DNA of 64,000 nt from an uncultured Chlamydiales bacterium. Its GTDB lineage: Bacteria; Chlamydiota; Chlamydiia; Chlamydiales; Rhabdochlamydiaceae. Positions 50,136 to 61,500 of the stretch are shown here, in pieces; position 1 is the stretch's first letter, and every line of letters starts with the position of its first letter. A program made the position numbers and the translations under genes. The stretch spans positions 1,152,001 to 1,216,000 of the forward strand of contig OY969554.1 of NCBI GenBank assembly GCA_963700985.1, given 5' to 3'. The notes under the pieces are model-generated. The model did no database searches. It worked only from the letters and a program-made list of their open reading frames with translations, and had not been told where the DNA came from.

Positions 50136-50164
50136 TTTTATAGACCATCTAAAGGGAGAGCTCT

Positions 50165-50566
50165 ATGTCACCACGAAGCGCCGAAGAGATCGTTGCAGAT
50201 TATTACACAGGTCTTGAAGAAGCCATTCTAACTGGCAAACTCAATCCCCACAGAATGCATTTCGCTGATGATATCATCATCCATGGAGCTGAAGGCCGCA
50301 TTGAAGGCAAGGCTGCTGCCATGAAGCTGCTGGAAGAAAAGCTCATACCCGCTTTTACAAAGATTTCGATCAAACACAAGTTCGTCGACAAGAGTTCTGT
50401 CTGCACGATTGTAGATTGCCACGCCAAGCATAATCATCAGATCATTCCCGCCGCTGATTGGCATAGAGTCAAAAATGGTGTGATCTATGAAATGTATGTT
50501 TTCAGCGACTCTGCCAAATTAGTGCAGGCCTTTAACGCCGCTACTAAACTCAAAAAATCCGCTTAA
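50165..50566 (+). CDS. SnoaL/NTF2-like protein
   Basis: FADDI......I.GK, V.NG.I.E......D pattern. Confidence 0.7.
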   Translation: MSPRSAEEIVADYYTGLEEAILTGKLNPHRMHFADDIIIHGAEGRIEGKAAAMKLLEEKLIPAFTKISIKHKFVDKSSVCTIVDCHAKHNHQIIPAADWHRVKNGVIYEMYVFSDSAKLVQAFNAATKLKKSA

Positions 50567-50568
50567 GT

Positions 50569-51903
50569 TTAAGAGACTGCAAGTTCGTTTTGCAAACGAG
50601 AAATGACTTCTTCGATGGTGAGGCGCTTGGAAGGATTTTTAAATAACATATCCTGAATGAGCCGCCTTTCAAAAGATGCGTCTTTCTCGGGTATTGGATA
50701 GTCTCCAGGAACAGGCCTCTTTCCGTATAAAAACTCATGAAAAGTCGTTCCAAGAGAGAAAATATCAAACGAGAGTTCTCTGGGGCTAGGGTTTTGACCT
50801 CGACATTCAGGTGGCACATATCCATTGGTGCAACATTCAATTTCGTTCTTGTCTCCGGGAGTAAAGACTCCACCATAGTCATTTAAAACTACTTGAAGTT
50901 GATCATCTAGCAAAAAGTTATCTGGTTTAATATCGCCGTGGCCAGCTTTTTGCCTATGTAAAACTGCAATGGATTCGGCCATGCCGAGCATAATTTGCAG
51001 TTTCTCTCTGTGTGTTACACTGGTATATGTGGAGCTTTTTATTAGCTTTTGCAAACTTCCTCTGTAAAAAGGCATGTAAATGTGCAGTTTTTTGCCTCCC
51101 CTTTTCGAAGTAAATGCTTCTGAAAATGAGATAACATTAACCTGCCTTTCTTGATTTCCAAAACGCTTGAGTTGTGCGATGTCGACCTCTGCCACCTTTG
51201 GATTTTTGCTTACTTTTATGGTTGCGCGAACGACCAAGCTTCCATCCAAAAGATTTTGTGCATATTTGACATCTTTCATATATCCACTTCCTACTAAGCG
51301 ATCTCCACGGCTTGTTTTATTGTATGTAAAATAAATCCCCGTTCGATCTCGATAGAGGGTTCTCTTAAGACCCGTTTCTTCAGGCTTCAACCAGATTCCC
51401 CTTTCAGGCGCTAAGGTCAATTCATTAAGCCGGCGTGCGTAGGTAACAGCTTCTCGTAATTCCTTATCAGAGACATTTCGAATTGGCTGACTAAACCGCG
51501 TTGCGATCTCTTTTTTACCTTTGATAAGTTTCTTTGCTACTTCTCGATTTATCTGATCTTTTGTCGAATCTAAAGCTAGAGGAAGAGCATGCATTAGCTG
51601 TGAAGAGTGTAAAAGCTTTACTGCACGGGCGGTTTCTGTAGCTGGATCTGTTAGGAAGTGGAAAAAACGGAAAACAGCTTTGTACACCCGTATCCAAAAA
51701 CTATCCATTTTTTCCCATTCCAGGGTTTCACGTGCCAGACCAATGGCTCCGAGCAAGTTTGAACGCGTCTCTAAAGAGACTGGCTGACTTCTAGCTAGGG
51801 CTTGTTTGATTCTTTGCGTTAATCCACAAAGGGCCGTAACAGCCTGATCTGCATCCATACTTGTGCGGATCCTGGGTAAAGCCGGAGAAATGACATTTGT
51901 CAT
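50569..51903 (-). CDS. Eukaryote-like Ser/Thr protein kinase, putative effector
   Basis: VGSGYMKDVK, HGDIKPDNFL, DYG, T.GY.PPE, DIFSLG, P.KR.T. Confidence 0.85.
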   Translation of the reverse strand: MTNVISPALPRIRTSMDADQAVTALCGLTQRIKQALARSQPVSLETRSNLLGAIGLARETLEWEKMDSFWIRVYKAVFRFFHFLTDPATETARAVKLLHSSQLMHALPLALDSTKDQINREVAKKLIKGKKEIATRFSQPIRNVSDKELREAVTYARRLNELTLAPERGIWLKPEETGLKRTLYRDRTGIYFTYNKTSRGDRLVGSGYMKDVKYAQNLLDGSLVVRATIKVSKNPKVAEVDIAQLKRFGNQERQVNVISFSEAFTSKRGGKKLHIYMPFYRGSLQKLIKSSTYTSVTHREKLQIMLGMAESIAVLHRQKAGHGDIKPDNFLLDDQLQVVLNDYGGVFTPGDKNEIECCTNGYVPPECRGQNPSPRELSFDIFSLGTTFHEFLYGKRPVPGDYPIPEKDASFERRLIQDMLFKNPSKRLTIEEVISRLQNELAVS

Positions 51904-52033
51904 AATTACAAATAATTATTAATAATAAATATAATTATACAATATTTAATACTATTAATCAATTATTTGTTTAAATCTTAAGCCACTCACTATTAACAAC
52001 TTAATATATGTAATTGAAAATGAACTAAGTTGC

Positions 52034-53126
52034 TTATTGAGAGATATTTAAGTCTACGAGAGCTTGTTGGACTTGGTCCACCGAAAGAGTGTAAAGACAT
52101 TCGCTGCGCTTACTTCCCCCACAGCCATCCATAAAGCAAGGTCGGCATGGGAAAGCCTGGGCTACGACTTTGGCTTGAGGGTGCTGCCATGGCCCCCAAT
52201 TCTGCTCAGAAGAAGGACCAAAAAGCGCGACGACTGGCGCTTTTAAAGCAGATGCCATATGCAAAGGCACCGAATCGACGCAGATCAAACAGCGCGACAT
52301 ATCGATAAGCGCGCCAAGTTCTTTAAGCGTAATCTTACCACCTAGATCGAGCGCTGCATCTGCTGGGAGATCTTTTAAGATCTCTTGCACAAAGGCACGC
52401 TCGTCTGCATCCGGCCCAGATGAGATAATAATTTTGCCGCCCAGTTTACGGATCAGCGAAGCGGTAAAGCTAGGCGGAGGACATTTGAAACGCCATCTTG
52501 AAACGGGGTGAATCAGAAAGAAATTTCCCTCTTTTATTCCATGTTCTTGCAGGCATTTTTGCATCTTTTCTCGCGCTGCAGTAGGCACATGGAAAGTAAG
52601 CTCCTTTTCATCCGTTTCAGGAAAGATTCCTATTCTGCGTAAAAGGTCGAGCTGACGCTCTACCGTATGCCGCTGTCCATTGGGCGTCTTTGCCATGTGG
52701 GTATAGATGCTTCGCTTTCCCCTAAAACCTTTATTTTGAGGATCGAAACCGGCTCGAAAACGACTCTTAGAAAAGAAAGCTACAAGCGCTCCGCGATCGC
52801 CTTCGGTTAGATTCACCACAAGGTCATACCCAGCTTTGCGAATCTGCCACAAAAGCTTCGCTTCTTTCCATAAACGCGTGAACAGTGGAAGTTTTTTGAT
52901 CTTGCGGTCATACAGGAAAAAATTTTTAATCGCCGGATGCCCTTCAAGCATCGGCAAAGTCTCGGCATAGATCAACGCATCGATCTCAGCAGCAGGAAGT
53001 CTTTTTTTTTAATAGAGAAAAAACGGGCGAGGTTAGCAGCACATCGCCGTGGTGGCGCAGCTTAACTATTAGAATTCGTTTGACCTCGGAAAGGTCTGGA
53101 TAGTCCCCGTAATTTTTGAAGCTCAT
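52034..53126 (-). pseudogene. GT9 LPS heptosyltransferase (RfaQ-like), frameshifted in an A9 run
   Basis: N-terminus [34 protein letters not shown] from ATG 53126 is one base out of frame with the DSVPLHMA/LFGP-containing ORF. Confidence 0.8.
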
Positions 53127-53201
53127 ATTGTGAATGAGAATAATTTAGCCCCTTCATATAATACAAGGCAGTTTCAAAACATTTCACGGAGAATAGACAG
53201 A

Positions 53202-53627
53202 ATGGCTCACGAACAGACAATTTCCATTATTAAACCTGACGCAGTCGCTGCTAATCACATTGGCGATATCATTTCCCGCTTCGAAAAAGCCGGATTGAAA
53301 ATCGTGGCAGCCAAAATGCTTCATCTGACTTCAGATCAAGCTAAAGGTTTCTATGCTGTGCATGCACACCGTCCTTTTTTCCAAGAGCTGATTACATTTA
53401 TGGTTTCAGGTCCCTGCCTGATCATGGTTCTTGAAGGACAAGACGCCGTGGCAAAGAATCGCACACTGATGGGCGCTACAAACCCAAAAGAAGCGGCTCC
53501 CGGCACAATCCGTGCGGATTTTGCTAAAACAATCGATAAAAATGCCGTACACGGTTCAGATAGCGCAGAAAACGCTAAGACGGAGATCTCTTTCTTCTTC
53601 CGTCCGAATGAGATTCTCTCTCGCTAA
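53202..53627 (+). CDS. ndk: Nucleoside diphosphate kinase
   Basis: [25 protein letters not shown]. Confidence 0.97.
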   Translation: MAHEQTISIIKPDAVAANHIGDIISRFEKAGLKIVAAKMLHLTSDQAKGFYAVHAHRPFFQELITFMVSGPCLIMVLEGQDAVAKNRTLMGATNPKEAAPGTIRADFAKTIDKNAVHGSDSAENAKTEISFFFRPNEILSR

Positions 53628-53643
53628 AAGTCTATGGTTCAAA

Positions 53644-53671
53644 TTAGAAGCTGTTTTAAGACAGCTTCTAA
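53644..53671. terminator. Bidirectional hairpin between ndk and porin
   Basis: TTAGAAGCTGT...ACAGCTTCTAA. Confidence 0.7.
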
Positions 53672-53686
53672 GCTGTGCGCGGTAGA

Positions 53687-54886
53687 TTAGAACTTGAGGC
53701 AGGCTCTCACGGTTAAACCTTGGAAATTGAGATCGCCATGTTTCTCATTTTCTTCTATGATTTCCCCTAATGAACCGGTGGGTGCGCCTCCGATTGTGGG
53801 ATCGGGATCAAATACAATCGTGCTAAGCTCATTTTGTTGAAACCATTGGCCCAATTCATAAAATGCGCCGATAGAGAGATGGGAGACACGAGACTTATTG
53901 CGGCCGAAGAAAGTTTCCCACTGCAGTCCAAGTTGTTCTTCAAGATTGACCCTATTTGTCCAGAAGTGGTTTCTATATTCAAAGGTTCCGCTAATAATTT
54001 CAGTCATTTCTGCGTTTAATCGAGCTGTGTTGAAATTTTGTTTTAAGTCAAAGCGTCCTCTAATAATGCTTGCGGAAAGGGAACCAAAAAGATTCCACTG
54101 TTTAGAGAAATGCCATTGAAACTCGGAGCCAGTGCGTAACCCGACGCCATTAAAATCATTCTTCGCATTCATACCTGTATCAGGGAAAAGAATGTCGTTA
54201 TCAACATTCAAAGCTCTGTATACGATCTTGTATTTTTGATCGATAAGTGCACCTCTTAAGCCCACATAAGGTTTTACGGAAAGGCGCTTGCTCAAAAAGA
54301 AGTTGCGCCCAAGGCTCAGATCAATCGTATTAAAATGGAGTCTCCAGTTCCCCTTCGCAACATATATATCTCCCAAAAACCCCGGCAGCCATTTGCCGAT
54401 AAATTGTGTTTCGCCGCTCATGATGACGGGAATAGACATACTGTAATGACCATGCGCGCTCGTGTGAAATCGGGTCCAATTGGCAAAAAGCTCCAACGCA
54501 TCAGAAGCACCGAACATATACCCGGCGCCAATTCGAAAACCGGGATCCCAGTGAAAATGCAGGCGTTTTTTGGAATCTGCATTGATTCGTCTTGTTGGAG
54601 ACACGATGTCTATCGATACTTTCGAGGTGAGATCGAGATCATCCTCTTCAGCTTGCCAGTAGAGAAAATCCCCCGTAAGGAAGAATCCGCCTTCACTAGA
54701 ATATGCAGGATTTTTTCCACCGAGAGTGCCGTGTACATTTCGTTCAACAATCGATTTAGAGTCTTCAGAAGTGAAGGTCTCTGACTCTCCGGACGACGCC
54801 ATGTCTGCGTAAATGGCACAAGAAGAAAAAATAGCTGCTGAACCCAGAGCTAATTTGAGTGCAGTTGAAAGAGCATCGCGTCGCAT
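53687..54886 (-). CDS. MOMP-like / Lpg1974-family outer-membrane porin (paralog of 43731-44939)
   Basis: DFLYWQA, WDPGFRIGAGY, HGDLNFQGLT...L.F. Confidence 0.8.
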   Translation of the reverse strand: MRRDALSTALKLALGSAAIFSSCAIYADMASSGESETFTSEDSKSIVERNVHGTLGGKNPAYSSEGGFFLTGDFLYWQAEEDDLDLTSKVSIDIVSPTRRINADSKKRLHFHWDPGFRIGAGYMFGASDALELFANWTRFHTSAHGHYSMSIPVIMSGETQFIGKWLPGFLGDIYVAKGNWRLHFNTIDLSLGRNFFLSKRLSVKPYVGLRGALIDQKYKIVYRALNVDNDILFPDTGMNAKNDFNGVGLRTGSEFQWHFSKQWNLFGSLSASIIRGRFDLKQNFNTARLNAEMTEIISGTFEYRNHFWTNRVNLEEQLGLQWETFFGRNKSRVSHLSIGAFYELGQWFQQNELSTIVFDPDPTIGGAPTGSLGEIIEENEKHGDLNFQGLTVRACLKF

Positions 54887-54975
54887 AGAACACCATTAAA
54901 AATGTTAAAAACACAGATTAAATATTTCTTTACATAACTTTGCAAGGCAAAACGATGTGCTACTCAAATGTCCTC

Positions 54976-56778
54976 TCAGATCCTCTTTTGAAGAGCTTCT
55001 ACTTCTTGACTTAAGCCTAGAGGAAGATGCTTTCCAAAGATTTTGAAATAATCGCGAATCCCTTCCACTTCTTTAGTCCACTCACCTTTATCGATGCGAA
55101 AGAGTTCTTGAAGCATATCTTTACTGAGGTTCAGTCCGCTTAAGTCTAATGCGCCCTCTGAGGGCACCCAACCTAGAGGAGTAGAAATGGCTTCATCTTT
55201 GCCCGAGGCGCGCTCGAAGATCCACTTAAGAACGCGGATATTCTCTCCAAAACCTGGCCAGAGAAATTTTCCATCTGGAGATTTTCTAAACCAGTTAACT
55301 TGATAGATGCGCGGCAGTTTACTCGGCTCAATTTTTTTGCCCATATCTAACCAGTGTTGGAAATAGTCACCCATGTTGTATCCGCAGAAAGGCAGCATTG
55401 CAAATGGATCGTGTCTGAGCTTGCCAACTTCTCCTTTTGCGGCAGCGGTGGTTTCAGAAGAGAGACTTGCACCGAAAAAAGTGCCATGTTGCCAGTTAAA
55501 TGCTTCCACAACTAGTGGCACGGTGGTGCTTCGTCTACCTCCAAAAATAATGGCAGAGATGGGCACACCCTCTGGATTATTCCACTCGGAATCTAAAATT
55601 GGACATTGACTTAAGGGTGCAGTGAAACGCGCATTCGGTTGAGCGGCTTTGGTTCCTGAAGCTGGGGTCCAGGCCTGGCCCAACCAGCTGGTAAGATGTT
55701 CAGGTGGCTTTGGGGTCATGCCTTCCCACCACACATCTTTATCCGCGGTCAAGGCCACATTCGTGAAAATGGTGTTTTTTTCGATCGATTTCATCGCATT
55801 GGGATTAGAATCATAAGCTGTTCCTGGCGCCACACCAAAAAAACCGGTTTCAGGGTTGATCGCAAATAACCTGCCATCTGGACCAATCCTCATCCATGCT
55901 ATGTCATCGCCAACACATTCGACCTTCCAGCCCTTCAAAGTGGAACTCAGCAGCGCTAAATTAGTCTTGCCACATGAAGAGGGAAAAGAGGCCGCAATGT
56001 ACTTTTTCTCGCCTTGTGGATTGGTTACGCTGATGATAAGCATGTGCTCCGCTAGCCACATATCATCTCTGGCCATCACCGAGGCAATGCGCAGCGCAAA
56101 ACACTTTTTTCCCAAAAGCGCATTTCCCCCGTAACCACTGCCAAAAGACCAGATGCTCTTTTCTTCTGGGAAGTGGACGATATGCCGTTTATCAGGCGCG
56201 CAAGGCCAAGCCACATCTTTCTGACCAGGTTCCAAAGGTGCACCCACAGAGTGCATGCAAGGCACGAAAAAACCATTCTTAAGCACATCGAGCACCTTTT
56301 TTCCCATGTGCGTCATGATCTTCATGTTCACCACAACATAGGGGGAATCTGTCACCTGCACGCCAATGTGACCAATCGGCGAATCGGGAGCGCCCATGCT
56401 GAAAGGAATGACATACATCGTGCGGCCGCGCATGCACCCTTTAAAAAGACCCTTTAAGATCTTGTGCATCTCTTGGGGATCTTTCCAATTATTGGTAGGG
56501 CCTGCTTCTTCTTGAGTTTTAGAACAGATGAAAGTCGATTCTTCCACGCGTGCCACGTCATCTGGATGCGAACGACACCAGAAACTTCCAGGGCGCTTTG
56601 CAGGATTTAATGCGACAAACACACCCTTGTCGACCAGCTCTTGACAGATCTTGTTATATTCGCTCTCGGATCCATCGCACAGATGCACATCTGCGGGATT
56701 GCAAAGCGCAATGGCCTCTTCAACCCATCGAATAAGCTCTTGATTGCTCGTCCACTTGCGAAGTTTTTCTGCAAACAT
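54976..56778 (-). CDS. pckG: Phosphoenolpyruvate carboxykinase (GTP)
   Basis: [46 protein letters not shown]. Confidence 0.96.
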   Translation of the reverse strand: MFAEKLRKWTSNQELIRWVEEAIALCNPADVHLCDGSESEYNKICQELVDKGVFVALNPAKRPGSFWCRSHPDDVARVEESTFICSKTQEEAGPTNNWKDPQEMHKILKGLFKGCMRGRTMYVIPFSMGAPDSPIGHIGVQVTDSPYVVVNMKIMTHMGKKVLDVLKNGFFVPCMHSVGAPLEPGQKDVAWPCAPDKRHIVHFPEEKSIWSFGSGYGGNALLGKKCFALRIASVMARDDMWLAEHMLIISVTNPQGEKKYIAASFPSSCGKTNLALLSSTLKGWKVECVGDDIAWMRIGPDGRLFAINPETGFFGVAPGTAYDSNPNAMKSIEKNTIFTNVALTADKDVWWEGMTPKPPEHLTSWLGQAWTPASGTKAAQPNARFTAPLSQCPILDSEWNNPEGVPISAIIFGGRRSTTVPLVVEAFNWQHGTFFGASLSSETTAAAKGEVGKLRHDPFAMLPFCGYNMGDYFQHWLDMGKKIEPSKLPRIYQVNWFRKSPDGKFLWPGFGENIRVLKWIFERASGKDEAISTPLGWVPSEGALDLSGLNLSKDMLQELFRIDKGEWTKEVEGIRDYFKIFGKHLPLGLSQEVEALQKRI

Positions 56779-56871
56779 AAGTAAATCCCGCTTATCTGTT
56801 CTTGATTGAGGATACTAAGATTTTGTGAATTGGCGATCAAATCAAAACAGAGAAAGAAGAAAAACAGAAGA

Positions 56872-57476
56872 ATTTCACCACAGAGTCACAGAGAACACTG
56901 AGTGAGAAAAAAGTCATTTTTTGCAGGTGAAACAAAAAATGACATCCTCTCGCCGCGTAAACGTCGGCGAAGAGTCAATAATTCACAAACTGACACGCTG
57001 AATGCCGTTCTTAAGAAGAGGGACATTGAAATTCAAAATTAAACCTGTTCTACACTTTAGAAGCCGAAGATAGGTAAGTAACTGAGCTGTTAATATTGGG
57101 CTAGTTGCTTCGACAGCTTTTATTTCTACTACAATTTCGTTCTCAATGAGAAAATCAATTCGATAACCCCCTTCTAATGTCACACCTTTATAGATAAGTG
57201 GTAACGGTTTTTGTCATTCAAAGGAAATCTGTCTAATTTCAAATTCTCGCGCAAGACACATCTCATATGTAGACTCTAACAATCCCGGCCCGAGGTGCTT
57301 GTGTACTTCTACGGCAGCGCTAATGATTTTTCCCGTTTTCTCAATTTCCATAGTCGCTCTCAAAAAATCGTTCTACCCAATATTGCGGCAAAGCCGCGAG
57401 AGTTTTCTCTTTTCGTTTCACTTACGAAAAGAGAAGGAATTTCTTCTCTGTGCTCTCTGTGGCTCTGTGGTGAAAT
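56872..57476. mobile_element. GxxExxY cassette bounded by 31-bp inverted repeats
   Basis: ATTTCACCACAGAGTCACAGAGAACACTGAG (56872-56902) versus reverse complement of 57446-57476 ATTTCACCACAGAGCCACAGAGAGCACAGAG, 3 mismatches. Confidence 0.75.
56983..57351 (-). pseudogene. GxxExxY (PD-(D/E)XK-like) protein with in-frame TGA at codon 46
   Basis: MEIEK...[15 protein letters not shown]...FE*QKPLP...YRIDFLIE...VEIKAV...AQLLTYL...GLILNF; TGA at 57214-57216. Confidence 0.88.
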
Positions 57477-57496
57477 CTTTATTCTTTCAAAAAAAA

Positions 57497-58591
57497 TTAG
57501 AGAGCGTTTTTGCGCTTTTTGAATTTGTCCAGGTATTCCAGAGCTTTGCCCGTGCCTAAGCAGACGGCAAGCAATGGATTTGGAGCGACGATAACTGGAA
57601 GGCCTGTCTCTTTAATCAGAGATTTATCTAGCCCTTTGATCAATGCGCCACCACCTGCGAGTACCATGCCGCGCTCGACGAGGTCGGCTGCAAGTTCTGG
57701 AGGGCACTTTTCTAGGGTTAGTTTAACGCCTTCGATAATCTGCTGAATAGGTTCAGCTAGACATTCGCGGATTTCAACTGAGTTGATTCTTTTGGTGACT
57801 GGCAAGCCCGCTACTTGGTCACGGCCACGCACTTCCATCTCCAGCTCATGATCTCCCAGGGGATATGCAGAGCCGATAGTCATTTTAATCTCTTCGGCAG
57901 TTCGTGGGCCAATCATGAGATTATAGGTGCGACGCATGTAGTTAACGATGCACTCATCGAACTCATCACCGGCGATGCGCAAGGAACGCGATTCAACAAT
58001 ACCGCCTAGTGAGATAATCGCGATTTCTGTTGTACCGCCGCCGATGTCGATAATCATATTGGCAGCTGGTTCATGCACAGGCATGTCGACGCCAATGGCC
58101 GCAGCCATCGGCTCTTCAATCAGAAGGACTTCTTGAGCTCCGGCTCTGAGGGCAGAATCTTCCACGGCTCTTTTTTCTACGCCGGTGATTCCAGAGGGAA
58201 CTGCGATAAGAATTTTTGGACGAAAGAGGCTACGAGCAGGCGTTACGCGCTTAAGCAGAGCTTTAATCATGCCTTCGGCAATTTCAAAGTCGGCAATTAC
58301 GCCATCTTTCATAGGACGAACGGCCAAGATTTTGCGAGGTGTTTTTCCGAGCATGGCTTTGGCTCTATGTCCAACGGCCAGAACTTCATTTGTAGTAGGA
58401 TCAACTGCCACCACTGAGGGTTCAGCCAACACAATGCCCTTTCCGCGGACATAAACGAGTGTATTGGCGGTTCCTAAGTCGATGCCGATATCGCTGGGGA
58501 AAAACCCCGCGTAAGTACCGCATTTGGCAATGAAAGCCTGTCCGGCTTTCAGAATGACATTTTTATAATTCTGTTGATTTGAACTATTCAT
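57497..58591 (-). CDS. mreB: Rod shape-determining protein MreB
   Basis: [32 protein letters not shown]. Confidence 0.97.
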   Translation of the reverse strand: MNSSNQQNYKNVILKAGQAFIAKCGTYAGFFPSDIGIDLGTANTLVYVRGKGIVLAEPSVVAVDPTTNEVLAVGHRAKAMLGKTPRKILAVRPMKDGVIADFEIAEGMIKALLKRVTPARSLFRPKILIAVPSGITGVEKRAVEDSALRAGAQEVLLIEEPMAAAIGVDMPVHEPAANMIIDIGGGTTEIAIISLGGIVESRSLRIAGDEFDECIVNYMRRTYNLMIGPRTAEEIKMTIGSAYPLGDHELEMEVRGRDQVAGLPVTKRINSVEIRECLAEPIQQIIEGVKLTLEKCPPELAADLVERGMVLAGGGALIKGLDKSLIKETGLPVIVAPNPLLAVCLGTGKALEYLDKFKKRKNAL

Positions 58592-58597
58592 GAAATT

Positions 58598-61500
58598 TTA
58601 AGTTTTAAGAAGCTCTAATACATCTTCCCAAGTGAGCTTGGATATAGCCTCATCATCGCAGCTCACCACTTTCTTGACTAATCCTTTTTTCCTCTTCTGC
58701 ATTTCGGCAATTTTCTCTTCAATCGTACCTAGAGTGATTAATTTATAGGCAGATACAGAATTTTTTTGTCCGATACGATGTACGCGGTCGGTGGCTTGGT
58801 TTTCAACAGCTGGGTTCCACCACATGTCATAATGGATGACCGTATCAGCCCCAACCAGGTTAAGGCCAGTGCCTCCCGCTTTGAGAGAAACTAAGAAAAC
58901 AGGAATCGAAGCGTCATCATTGAATTTTTTTACAACTTCGAGACGATTTTTGCTCGAACCATCCAAATATTCGAATCGAATACCCTTTTGCTCAAAGTCA
59001 GCGCGCATGATTTGAAGCATGCGGGTGTATTGGCTAAAGATAACCGTTTTGTGCTTTCCATCGATCAGAGTTTGCACCAGATCAAGGAGCATCTCATATT
59101 TGGAAGAATCGCCCGATTCGGGTTTTTCTTTTGCAAAGATAGCTGGGTGACAGCAGATCTGCTTAAGACGAGTGAGCGTCGCCAGCACGTGGATTTGTAC
59201 GCGATCAAAGCCATCGCGCTGCACAAGCTTCGTGAGCTCATCTCGGGCTGAGGCCGCATATGAACGGTAGAGATCTTGCTGTACGTCGCTAAGCTGACAG
59301 TGATAGACGATTTCGGAAACAGGCGGCAGGTCATCTAATACATCCACCTTCATACGTCTTAAGATGAAAGGCGCCACTTTTTTACGCAGGTATTCTAAAT
59401 TCTTAACTTGTTCAGGCCCGCTTACACGCACATATTTTTCAACGAAACGCTCATATCCGCTTAAAAAACCAGGCATGAGGAAGTCAAACAGACTCCAGAG
59501 CTCATCCAGAGAATTCTCAATAGGCGTACCAGAAAGAATCAAACGGTGCTCGGCTTGCACCATTTTGACAGACTTAGCATTACGCGTTCCACGGTTCTTA
59601 ATATGTTGAGCTTCATCGAGAATCACATAAGAAAATGGAACAGCCTTGTAACTCTCAATATCTTTTTGAAGCAGGGTGTATGAAGTGATCACAACATCGT
59701 GCTGCACGAAGTTTTCGATCAGCTTCTTACGCTGCGAGGGCACTCCATCAATGACAAGCGCCTTGATGCCGGAATTAAACTTATGAAACTCTTCCTTCCA
59801 GTTATAAAGAAGAGAAGTAGGACAGACGATTAGTGAAACTTTCTTTCCGCGTCCATGTAATTGAGAAATGGCAACAATTGCTTGCAACGTTTTTCCCAAG
59901 CCCATGTCATCGGCCAAAATACCATTTAGGTACATCAAGCGCAGGCGTTCAAGCCACTTTACCCCTTCGCCTTGATAGGTGCGAAGAGTAGCCTTTACTT
60001 CGGTTGGAACAGCCGAGAAGGAGAGCTGTTTTTCGCCTAGCATCTGCTTGCGGATTTCTAATAATTTCTTCGAAATCGTGATCTCAACTGGCAAGCCTTC
60101 GAAGGAGTCTGCATCGATATTGGCTAAACTCCATAGCGGCCTTTCGATCTTGTGATCTTCTAAGGTTAAAATGCCAAGCTCGTCGAACACCTGAACAATG
60201 TTTCCGATTCTCTCTAAATCGAGTACGAGAATCTTAGCCATCTTGCCACCTTCGGAAGCTTTCTTGAGCTTCGACTTAGGTGATTCGAGTTCGATAAAGG
60301 CCTTTTTGGAGGCGACGCATTCCCAGAGTTGATCCAGTTTTACCCCTTTTAGTGAACCCTCTACCTTGAGATCGATCTCATACATATCGATGCGTTCAGT
60401 TGGAGTAAGATTCAGCTTGAACTTTGTCTGGTCATAGATGAATTGATCGAGAAGATTTTGCGGACAGTTAAACTTCACGCGGTCTTGATGACGTGGAATG
60501 AGATCTGTCATGAACTCTACAATCTTTTTATCCGACTTGGTGACATATGCGCCCATCTCAGGATTGAAAATAAAGTCTGAAAAGAGATCTTCGATGATTT
60601 TGCGCTCTTCCACCAGATTACGCGCTAGCACTCCATCATCAGATACAAAAGAAGAGACATGTGCATAGGCAAGTTGCGTTGATGCAGCTGGAATCTTGTG
60701 TTTGTCATAATGGAAATGCACCACGGCATCTAGCTCTCCATTTAAGAAAGAGAGATCGCAGCTAGCTTTCACTTGGCCCACATAAGGCAGAGTGACAAAA
60801 TCTTCAATTACTTGCTGGTTAGCCACATCAGTAAAACGGCTTAGCTCGGGCAGCGCATTCTCAACAAAAGTTCCAAAAAGGGGCTGCGGAATTGTCATCT
60901 CACGAATCGGATGAAGATTGCGTAGATGTAAGCGGGTGATCTGTGGGGCAAAACGGTAGTAGGCATTGCGGTAGAGCATACCTGGTTTAGCGCACTCAAA
61001 AAACTTCGCCTCTTCGAGCTGCACGATCTGCGTGTCGACAATAAGCGTAGGATTTAAAAGGATTTTGGAAGTCGGAGGCGGAATGTACTCAAGTGCAAAA
61101 CGGAATTGCGCGGGCTGCAGCGAAAAGCGCAAAGGCGACTCCAAACTACTCTCATATAGACCAGTTAAAACAGGCAGCTCCTCATCTTGAGGAGAAAATC
61201 CACGGCGCAGTGCATCTTCTGACGCAAGCTCGAAAGCTTTCGCCAAAATCATGCCAAAAACTTCTCCATCGATACTGGCGGCACGTTGAGCGCGCTCGGA
61301 GCCAATTGAGTCGGGAAAGCGCGCGTGATCCATGATCATCCGTACAATTTCTTGCTGGGCTGCGTCAAAAGACTCTATTGAAAAACGGAAGCGCTTGCTT
61401 CCAATAAAGAGCAGCTCGCCATAGCGCATTTTTTCCAGGAACTGCTTCACATGAGGAATATGCAGCGGTTTTGAACGCGAAGGCAGACGCAGCGCCAATT

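Noticed and set aside
57214-57216. TGA recoding (Sec/Trp) in GxxExxY
   Set aside because: TGA is a normal stop for pheT, nfo and lptB here; a CGA-to-TGA nonsense change is simpler
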